From: Eremomyces bilateralis CBS 781.70
Taxonomy: Eukaryota
Direction: 5' to 3' (one strand)
Assembly (NCBI GenBank): GCA_010015585.1
Contig: ML975188.1
DNA length: 64,000 nt
Shown here: one piece after another, positions 27,360-37,171 of the stretch
How the letters are laid out: every line of letters begins with the position of its first letter
Numbering within the stretch: the first letter of the stretch is position 1
Notes under the pieces: model-generated
The model's input: the letters and a program-made list of their open reading frames with translations, nothing else
Databases searched by the model: none
What the model was told of the DNA's origin: nothing
Made by a program: the position numbers and the translations under genes

Positions 27360-28288
27360 GATGGCTAACGGAGGGACTGGAGGGTGCCACGGGGGGTCCT
27401 TAGAATTAATTATGTTGATATGTAATTGCTCTTAAAAAGAAGGAGGAGATTAGGAACGACAATTGTCAAGCCTGATCAAAACATGAACGGGACATGAACC
27501 TGATGCCATGTGCCCCTACATGACTTGGAGATCGGCTGGAAATTTCGTGATGTTGGTTTGACGCCTTACAGCCTGATCAAACTGCCCAGGCCGTGCTGCT
27601 TCAACTTCATGTTGATCACGATAAGGCACCAACATGGGTTCAGGAATTGACTTCAGGATCGCCTGGATTTATTCCATCCTGTATTTGCATTTCGAAGCCC
27701 GATCCCCTGGTCGCATGTCATATCCTTTTCAGCTGGTCATTGCAAATCAGATTTCTCATTTCTGATGTTGACCGGAGAGGCTTGGCTACATCCAGTGTTG
27801 GACGTGACTGCACGCCCGCTGCAGCCACATCTGTCCACCCACATCTGTCCACCCCCATTGACAAAGTATCATGCTGAAATTCCAACACAGCCCTCTGCTC
27901 CAAGCCTCGCTCCTTTCCACATTGGAAAAGAGAGTCTCTGCTCAATGGGCGAACCGGAAGGGAATCTGCTAGAATACCGGACTGATCCGAAAGCCTTGAG
28001 GTCGCCGCCCTATGTGTAGCCTCAGACGCGTAGATAGACCAGCTGGGCGCCGCTCACCAGCATCATTAAGTTTAGTCTTTCCTCCCTTTTGAATCTCTCG
28101 TGCTTTTTATCCTTCCAGTGTACAAATTGTTTTGCATTGGAGTACGAAACGTAGCTGTCAAAAATCACATCGTAGTGTCTCCCTATGTACTTAACAGTCC
28201 ACAGCCTTGCGAACACCTAATCGTTTGCTGGCTTCGCATTCTTCCGCATCGACTCACCCACCAGCATATCATATTTGCTATGTAAGAT

Positions 28289-31200
28289 ATGTCCTTCGGT
28301 TTCTCAGTTGGAGACTTTATCCGAGTTTTCGAGCTCGCAAGGGACACCTATCACGACTGTCGACATGCTCCGTCCCAGTTCCAAGACGCCGGCCGCGGTG
28401 CTGACAGCCTGCGCATTGTCCTGGAGGGCATCCACGCAGAAATACGAAACCCGAGCTCCATCCTTCATCGAAATGAGCGCACGGCTACCGATTTCGCCAT
28501 GTGTGCGAAGCGTTGTGAGACGGAGTTATTGCGCCTCAAGGACATCGTGACGAAATACAGGAGCTTGGGAACAGACAAACCAAAAGCCATCGACCGGTTT
28601 AAGTTTCCAAAAAAGGAGCTCATGGATATCAGAGGGAAGCTGGTCTATCATACATCGACGCTGACAGCCTTCGTGAACACCATTGGTCTTGGTATTCAGG
28701 GGAGACTTGACGACAATGTGCAAAAGAGTCTGGGATTACAGAAAGATACTGCAAACATGCAAGAGGACACCTTGGTACTGCAACAGAAATCCACAAATAT
28801 GCAGAGGCGGACAATCAATCTGCAGAAAGAGTCTATGAATCTTCAACACGCCACGATCGACATCCAACAAGAGACCCTAGAGAAACAGGACAAGTCTTTG
28901 GCTATGCAACGCCACATTCTTGATGCCATTGACCGATACGCGGCGGAAGCACGGGTTGGCGGAAACCTCAGCTCTATCTTATCGGATCACTCAAACGATG
29001 AAAAAGGCGTATGGAAGGATCTGCGATCCCGTCTTATATCTGAGGGTATCAAAAGTCGGTCCATCACCGAGAACGAGTCCGCGATCGTCGAAAGGATTCA
29101 AGAACTCATTCATTTCAATATGTTCGACTCCGAAGTCGAGACCGACTGCACTTCAAGCATCGCAGAGAATTCGGAGCTGTCGTGGGATGAGACAGAAGTT
29201 CCGCAAAGCGCTGCGGCTGATGGCGACAATGGGTGGGATTTCATGAACAATAGCATGCACTCGGCCAAGATCCAATCGCTTCCGGAACTTGAAATGGCGG
29301 AGGACATCCACCAAGACGGCGAGTCTGAGGCTACCGTGACACCAAAGGGATCGATCGAGAACTTGCAGCGTCCATCTATCGATACAACCTACAGGTCGCC
29401 TTGTGTGGAAAGTGTGGCAGCAAATGATGCGGATTCCGAAGGTACTATCACGCCTCGGCTATCCCGGAAGTCTTCCAGGAGGGACTTGCATAAGAGTCCT
29501 ACGACCATATTTGATCGGGGCGAGAGCAAAATAGATCCTCCTGCACTACATGTCGCGTCTGAAGGACGGGATATAACCCCTCAAGGCGTGTTTGAAAGAC
29601 AAGCTTCTTCATACGCGTTCCGCGGGAGCGATATTGTCTCTGACTTGGACATTCCTGATGATCGCAGTGTCACCTCCACTATCGCCGATCGTCGCTCCAC
29701 CATATACTCGATACAACGGCCTGGTTTGCGTGCCGACCGAGTCCCTTCATCCCTCACGAGACGATCCTCACCAGATGACCATAGCACGAAAATGCGAATC
29801 TGGCGTGGGCTGAATGGTTTCAACATGAAAGGCCGCTATTGTGGCCGAAATGGGGATTATGTAGTACTCGAAGATGTCGACGGCCAGGACGTCCTTGTCT
29901 CATATTCGAACTTGACGCATAAGGATAAGGACCGTATCGCGGTGATAGATGACCGAACGAAGAAATCTACCCAGGACGGACGAGTCCATCCGGATGACGG
30001 CACTGTTCGCCAGGAGCCCAATCGGATCGATGCAGATCGATCTTCTCCGCCTATTTCGGAACCAGTGTCTGGCCGAACAATCAAAAAGCCATGGCGGGTT
30101 GGGAAACGAAGTCATAATCGGGTGACGTGGACGTTCCGCTCGCCCTCCTGGGCGTCGCCAACCGGCTATTATATCGGCTCGAAAGCCGCCGATGCGTTGC
30201 CTTCGGCTGCCGCCAAAGGAGATCTAGAGTTGGTCAAGGCGCTCCTCAGGAAAGACAAGCGTATCCACCCGAGGGGAACATCGTCGTTGAACAACGATAG
30301 GAACGTCAAGGCGACTGCTTTGCCGAGGGCTGTTAAGAACGGCCACTTTCAGGTTGTCAAATACCTCCTTGAGAGCGGTGCTAATGTTGAAGTGCATTCA
30401 TATACAGGGACGCTTCTGGTTCGTGCTATCTATAACCGAGATCCATCCATGGCTCGCCTTCTGTTGGAGTATGGAGTGAACGTCAATGGGCGCGACGACA
30501 TTTTCAATCGGTTGGACGCTTTCCCAGTTTTCACCGGACCTGAATCTCTGGTCAACAGCCGATGCCCCCCACTGTATCTGGCGGCCGAAACCGGGCAACG
30601 AGATTTAGTCCGCCTCCTTCTGGACTACGAGGTTAACATTAACATCCTGGGGCCATACCACGAAACGCCACTCTCCATAGCGGCGCGGCGTGGGCATTTT
30701 GACGCGGTCGAGCTGCTTCTCCAGGAGGGAGCGTATACGGGAGTCATCATGCGAGATGGCCAAAGCGCACTACCTGCCGCCGTTGACGAAAGACATTGCG
30801 ATATTGTCCGGCTCCTGTTGGAGTACGGTGCGGACCCCAATAGCAGGCATAGCGGCCTTGGAGACACGGTTCTTTTCATCGCGTCACAGCAAGAAGACGC
30901 AGCCATGGTAAAAGAGCTTCTGAAGTATGGCGCGGATCCAAATCTACCCAATAAAAGGATCAAGGGGAAAGACGCGTTCGCGATGAGGGACTTCGACCGT
31001 ATTCGCCGGCGCCCGAAGACTCGCACTGTCAGTCCGTTGGGGGTGGCTGCGGAGAGCGGCCACATCGAGGTGGTCGAACAACTGTTGGAGTACGGAGCCG
31101 ATGTCAACCAAACGCACTCAGACACCAGGCATCCCGTCAATTTAGCCGCGGGACGTGAGCATTTCGAGATCGTGGCGTTATTACGAAATCATGGAGCGGT

Positions 31201-31594
31201 ACTATCGGATGCTATGCTGAGGAAGGTCACCGGCCACGAACAGCGCCAACGAGACTCTAAAAGCGCGCACCGCTTATCCAGCAACGACAGCCGCCGCAGG
31301 GATCGACCCAAGTCCAACAGAGACCGGAAGGACGGTCGCGATTACGAGCGACGGCTCAGTTGGAGTTGGAAGAATGACGGGAGCGGGGACGCCATCAACG
31401 ACGCGAAATCAAAGGCTGCCATGGCGTTCTTTATCGCCGCGGCTGTCGAAGTGTTTCGAAATAGAAATAAGCCACTAAGCGCAAGTCGGGCTTTTGATGC
31501 GGGATTCGGCGCGGCGGACGGAGTCCAGGGCGGCCCTTCCCAGACGGCTTCGCGGAGAGAGGGCGTGAGGAAGGAGGATACAGTGCGCGGGTGA
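28289..31594 (+). CDS. Ankyrin repeat protein with HeLo-like/SesA-type N-terminal domain (fungal STAND-protein N-terminus); no NACHT seen
   Basis: Intronless 1101-aa ORF starting MSFGFSVGDF, with about 8-9 ankyrin repeats at roughly 30190-31200 (e.g. TPLSIAARRGHFDAVELLLQEGA, SPLGVAAESGHIEVVEQLLEYGADVN). Confidence 0.85.
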   Translation: MSFGFSVGDFIRVFELARDTYHDCRHAPSQFQDAGRGADSLRIVLEGIHAEIRNPSSILHRNERTATDFAMCAKRCETELLRLKDIVTKYRSLGTDKPKAIDRFKFPKKELMDIRGKLVYHTSTLTAFVNTIGLGIQGRLDDNVQKSLGLQKDTANMQEDTLVLQQKSTNMQRRTINLQKESMNLQHATIDIQQETLEKQDKSLAMQRHILDAIDRYAAEARVGGNLSSILSDHSNDEKGVWKDLRSRLISEGIKSRSITENESAIVERIQELIHFNMFDSEVETDCTSSIAENSELSWDETEVPQSAAADGDNGWDFMNNSMHSAKIQSLPELEMAEDIHQDGESEATVTPKGSIENLQRPSIDTTYRSPCVESVAANDADSEGTITPRLSRKSSRRDLHKSPTTIFDRGESKIDPPALHVASEGRDITPQGVFERQASSYAFRGSDIVSDLDIPDDRSVTSTIADRRSTIYSIQRPGLRADRVPSSLTRRSSPDDHSTKMRIWRGLNGFNMKGRYCGRNGDYVVLEDVDGQDVLVSYSNLTHKDKDRIAVIDDRTKKSTQDGRVHPDDGTVRQEPNRIDADRSSPPISEPVSGRTIKKPWRVGKRSHNRVTWTFRSPSWASPTGYYIGSKAADALPSAAAKGDLELVKALLRKDKRIHPRGTSSLNNDRNVKATALPRAVKNGHFQVVKYLLESGANVEVHSYTGTLLVRAIYNRDPSMARLLLEYGVNVNGRDDIFNRLDAFPVFTGPESLVNSRCPPLYLAAETGQRDLVRLLLDYEVNINILGPYHETPLSIAARRGHFDAVELLLQEGAYTGVIMRDGQSALPAAVDERHCDIVRLLLEYGADPNSRHSGLGDTVLFIASQQEDAAMVKELLKYGADPNLPNKRIKGKDAFAMRDFDRIRRRPKTRTVSPLGVAAESGHIEVVEQLLEYGADVNQTHSDTRHPVNLAAGREHFEIVALLRNHGAVLSDAMLRKVTGHEQRQRDSKSAHRLSSNDSRRRDRPKSNRDRKDGRDYERRLSWSWKNDGSGDAINDAKSKAAMAFFIAAAVEVFRNRNKPLSASRAFDAGFGAADGVQGGPSQTASRREGVRKEDTVRG

Positions 31595-32111
31595 GGCGGT
31601 GGACGTCTGTGGGATGATTCATGGAGAAGCGGATTTTAGGAATACCTAATACTGTGCCCGCCTGTAGAGAAAGAGAGCGAGAATTGGAGCGTCCATCAAC
31701 CAACCCGGTGATTTCGCAACTGTAGATTAGATACCTACCTAAAGAATATTGTACGGACCGCCGTCTAGCAATGATGCTGAAATACTACATATTTCCTGCA
31801 AAACCAGGTCAGGATAATTAGCCGATGATACGAAGTAAGCGTTTGTAGCTGAGATGCCCCATCGCCCAGGGGCCAGGCTGCCGCAACGTGGGGTCCCGCG
31901 CCGTCTCCAATATGTAGTTGCTAACGTGAACCGGCGTCTATCCCTAGAACGCTTCCTTCAACCTCACTCCCACTTCTTCCTACCACTGCTCTCCCCAACC
32001 CCAGACGTCAACTGATTCCCACACCGCGTTTCCGTGCAAACATGAGTGCGCGAGAGAGACGGACTGCCAGCTCGCGACGATAGAGCTCGTTCCACGGACA
32101 CCGGAGAAACC

Positions 32112-32989
32112 ATGGCGTCCACGAAAGCCGCCCGCATCGGCGAAGAGTACGTACTCCAGATCCCGCAACTCTCAACTGTATTTTGGAATCCATTGCTAAC
32201 TGTCACAGTGTATGGAAGTAAGTACCACCCACCTCCCTACCCCCGCGTCGCCCTCCTAAACACCATCTCACCATCTCCAGAACGCGAGTCGACAAAGTCA
32301 ACGCCGAGCTCGTGACGCTGACGTACGGCACGATCGTGGCGCAACTGTGCGCGGACTTCGATGCGGACTACGCGGAGGTGAACCGGCAGCTGGACAAAAT
32401 GGGGTACAACATCGGGGTGCGGTTGATCGAAGACTTCCTCGCGAAGTCGGGGACGGCGGCGTGCGCGAACTTTCGGGAGACGGCGGAGATGATTGCGAAG
32501 GTGGGTTTTTAGGTCTGGAGAAAGGGGAGGGGATGCTACTCTACGGAGAGGGCGGAGAGAGAGGGATAGAGGGATGTATGGACTAACGATGATGGCGGTG
32601 ACGATGTAGGTCGGATTCAAGATGTTCCTGAACATCACACCCCCCATCACGAATTGGTCGGGCGACAACAAGCAGTTCTCGCTGATATTCGACGAGAACC
32701 CTCTGGCGGACTTCGTGGAGCTGCCGGACGATGGACGGGCGCAGGATGAGCTGTGGTTCTCCAACATCCTGTGCGGCGTGATCCGAGGGGCACTGGAAAT
32801 GGTATGGTCCCACGATTTCGTTTTCTTACTCGTTCTGGAAAGTCGGTCATTTGCTGATGTGGTGCACAGGTGCAATTGCAGGTGGAGGCGCATTTCGTGA
32901 GCGATGTGTTACGGGGGAACGATACGACGGAGATGCGGATTTCGTTGATTCGGATCATTGATGATGAGATGCCTCCAGACGATGAGTGA
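32112..32989 (+). CDS. BET3: TRAPP complex subunit Bet3; exons 32112-32146, 32209-32217, 32281-32500, 32610-32801, 32870-32989
   Basis: Spliced product reads MASTKAARIGEDVWKTRVDKVNAELVTLTYG...KMGYNIGVRLIEDFLA...ENPLADFVELP...LWFSNILCGVIRGALEMVQ...EMPPDDE. Confidence 0.95.
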
Positions 32990-34759
32990 TGGGGTGTATC
33001 AGGATTCAGTTGCCCTTCTACAGTAGCCGACCAGTCTCTCGCCATGGGAAGCTATGTTGCAGCCATGGACAGCCCATCGCTGTATCGGGCGTTGTCTCAC
33101 AGTCGACGGGCTCTCTATCTTACTAAGGAGGACATCCGGATTTTGTCCGTGCTCGCCACCTCAGTCAAGCGTGTCAATGGGGCGAAAGAATTGCCCGTTC
33201 TCATTGAATCATACCTTCCAAGTCTCACGGAGAACGAGCGGACTTAGTGGTCAGTGGAAATATGGATGACAATGAGATGTGTAGGGCGGGTTGGAAAGCG
33301 TGGAGAAATCATTGAACCCAAATCAGCGTCTGGACCTGTCTCGCCCTGAGCGATGCATCAATGCGATTCAAACCTCCAATCCAACTCGCTACATGAATCA
33401 TCTGTCAAGCAGTGAATAGCAGTACTATTATCCCATAATTTTATTTTCGATATTAATCCTGATCGAGTGGTTTAAATATCCAATCGTTCAATAATCAATG
33501 CGATACTTGGTCCTGAAAGGAGATGGGTATATCACGTGATCCCGATTCCGGTGGCGGGAAACCTCCGCGGCTCCCAATGAATTTCATCATCACCAGAACA
33601 ATCCAAATCAATGGACCTCCGCCAATTCCCTCTCCCATCCTTTGACTCAGGAGACATCACTTGATCCTTTCATTTCTCCCTCCGATTCCCTCCTGCTCTC
33701 GTGTTGGTCTCGGTGTATATTGGTTTTCTTCCCATCCATCCATCAGGAAATCCTGGCTTTGTTTGGCCGATTTTGTGATAGAGGTTCGCATCCGTCCGAC
33801 GTTTGTTAATAGCCAAGAGACCGAAGGGAGAGAGGGGAAATCTCCACGCCCCGACCGATCGTTTTATGGGCGCCCTAAGAGCCCACAGAGCCCCCGCAAA
33901 CCCCCCGAGGCCCCGGAATCAGGAACCCCCCACCGCGTCTCAGCACCTACCCACCAATCACAGCAAAAGGGCGTCACTCAACGGTGCACACTCATCGCGC
34001 TGAGTCGCACACACACTTGACTCTTCCACTCTCCTCCTCCAGCCATTATTGCATCCAATCCGCATTCGCCTTCCGCCATCTTTCCGCCATCCACTCCATC
34101 CACCCACTCTCCTCCTCTCTCTGGAGACACGCCAACCACTCCATCAGGCATTAGATCAGATCTACATCCTTCTGTCACTGTCACCTGGATTTCCATACTC
34201 ACTTCTTACCTCTTACCATCTACTATCTGCGACTACTCCTACCATCTATCACTTTAGCTCCATCCTGGACATAACGACTCCAACTCCCGCCCCATTATTC
34301 ATCCTTCTACTCACTCCACCCAACTCCTCGTCCCTACCCATCGTCTATCGTCGAGGACAATCCCACCATTTGCGCTGCACCACCATACGGCATAGTGCGT
34401 CGCGACAAAGGATCCGTCTCTCACCACCACCGAATTCCCCGTTCGCCGCACTGCACCGCGGTGTGATCGATCGCCTCCGACCGCTGGCGCAATCCCGTGC
34501 ATCGCCGACGCCTCTCGCAACCACCGCCCGCGCAGCGTCCCATATCGCCTGTCGATATCCTCTGCACGATTTTCCCGCTCGACAGGCTGGCCGGCCATAA
34601 TATCGAGACGTCGTCCGCCGCTGTCGCGACGTCGTTGCATCGATCGCTTATTAGGGCTTCCCCCCAACATCTGGGTCTTGGCGTCCGTTCGCCGACCCTG
34701 CATCGAGTGGAATCTCGTTTCTCTCGTCCCAACACGGCCGTCGCTCCTCGAAATCGATC

Positions 34760-37171
34760 ATGAACCCTCAGGTCAATATGCCCGGAATGGGACCGTCCGC
34801 GGGCGGCCCCGTCGGCGGCACACCGATGATGAACAATAAATCGGCTGCCCCGCGTGGTAACGACTACACGAGCAAGCTCAACACCTACATCTACGACTAC
34901 CTCTTAAAACACGAGAAATACGATCTGGCGCGCGCATTCAAAGAGCAGATGCCCATCGTGGTCAGCAATGCGAGCGCCGGTGGCAAGAACGTGAACGGCG
35001 TGGACGACATGGACACCGATCCCAAAGACGGAGTGAAACGTCCCGACGACCTTCCTCTTCCCAATGTCCCCTCATATAGCCAGGATTGTTGCTTTCTGTT
35101 AGACTGGTGGTGCCAATTCTGGGACATCTTCGCCGCCAACCGCGGTGGACAGACCGGAATGTCGCAAGTCATGTCGCAGTACCTCAAGCACACTATGGTA
35201 TGTCAATCCGGTTTCGGAGGTGGAGAATGCAGCGACTGACGTGAATCACGATAGAATCAATCGCAGATGCGGAACGACGCTACGAATAAACTCCTGCGAC
35301 AAGGCGAGGGCGGCCCCAACGGCATGATGATGAATCGCCAAATGATGATGAACCTGCCTGGCCGACAGGGGATGACGGTGGCCGACATGCAGAGGCAAGC
35401 GATTGCTCGCGGAGCGTAAGTTTCCCACTCTCCCAATGGTACGACGTTGATTGACTCGTTCCCAGTAATCCCCAGCAGCTCCAGCAGATGAAGAACATGC
35501 AGGGACAACCGATGATGCCGCAGAACATGCGCCGAGACGGCTCGGGTATGGACATGGGCCAACAGCGCCCACAGTCTCCGAGCTCGGGGGACAACGCCCC
35601 GTCTCCGAAACGTCCTCGCATCGATGGGAATAACTTCAACCCGCAGCAGATGGGCCCCGGGGGTCGTCCGCAAGGGATGCCGGGCCAGGTCAACATGACG
35701 GGTCCGAACGGACAGATGCTCTTGCAGAGCGGTCTGCCAGCCGATCTCACTCAGCAACAGATGCAACAATTTGCGAATGCCAATGGAATGCAACCGAAGC
35801 TCGAGGTTCGTTGTGCCCAAGACTTGGTTGCGTGTTCACTACTGACGTTATCCAGGGTATGCCCCCAGGTATGATGCCCCAGATGGGTGATGGATCTGCT
35901 ATGGGCGATGCGAGCCAGATGCAAGCCGGAGCCCAGGGTAATCACGCGCTGCACGACTACCAAATGCAACTCATGCTCTTGGAACAGCAGAATAAGCGAC
36001 GATTGTTGATGGCGCGGCAAGAGCAAGAGGCCGGAGCTCAAGGCTTCGTCGGGGCACCATCCATGTCACCATCAGGGAGCCGAGCCGGAGGTCCGTCACC
36101 GAATCCGAACGATCAGATGAAGCGAGGCACCCCCAAGCTCCATCAACAGGGCCTCCCCGGATCCCCCATGCCAGACGGTATGGCTCCGAACCGAGGGTCT
36201 CCAGCGTCGAACTTCGATCCGAGCCAGATGCCTCAAGGGATGCAACCGCAATTCTACCAACAAATGGGCGGCCCGATGATGCGCCCACCGAGCTCCATGC
36301 CGCCGCAGTTCAACAACCCCCAGCAGATGGAAACGATCCGCCAAAACGGCGGTCGAATCCCGAACATCCCCAACGGCTGGCAAGGGAACCCGATGCGCCA
36401 AGGTGGTCCGCAGCCACAAGGACAACCGCAAGGCCAAGGACAACCGCAAGGGCAGCAGATGCCGCAGACCACGAATGGGCCGCCGGTTCCGATAGGTACC
36501 CCGCAGCAAAGGGGCAACAACATGGGACCCCCACCCGCTCCGGCCTCCGGCGAACCGCCACAGCGCACCCAGCCATCTTCGCCATCCCAGAACTCGACCG
36601 CGGCGCCGCCCACGCCATCGCAGACCACCAAGGCCAACCCGAAGAAGAAGGAGAAGCGGGAGGGCACAAAGGTCCGTACCTCGCCACGAATTTCGCCGGA
36701 AAATGTACTGACAATCAACAGAAAGGGGCCAAGAAAGCGGCCGCCGCAGCCGCCACGCCGGCAACTGAACCCGAGGCGCCGACCCCGACGCCCTCCACCC
36801 CCATCACGCCCATGCACTCGAACACGTTCAAAAACGGCGGGCCCCAGCCGCCCGCCAACGCGCAGGCCGCGCCGGCGCCGAACTCCGCCGCGGTTCAGCA
36901 GCCGGTGCAGCCGCAGATGGACAATGGGACGTTCGATCTCACCGGTGGGGTGCGTCTCCATCCTTTTGTTTCCGTTGACCGCGTTACCGTTACTGACAGA
37001 TGGCATCAGGCTTCCGAGTTCAGCCTCGAACTCATCCCCGACCTCAACCACGACGACGTACTCGAGCACTTCGACTTCGACTCCTTCTTGCAGACGGACG
37101 GGGACACGGGGATGCCGTTCGACACGCTGGGGTTCCCCGACGGCGTCGAGGCCGGCATGGGCGAGATGTAA
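34760..37171 (+). CDS. SOM1: LisH/LUFS-domain transcriptional regulator Som1/SomA (Flo8-like); introns about 35198-35253, 35419-35465, 35806-35855, 36672-36721, 36950-37009
   Basis: LNTYIYDYLLK (LisH), FLLDWWCQFWDIF, PQSPSSGDNAPSPKRPR, NHALHDYQMQLMLLEQQNKRRLLMARQEQ and C-terminal DVLEHFDFDSFL; Q/M/P-rich throughout. Confidence 0.92.
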
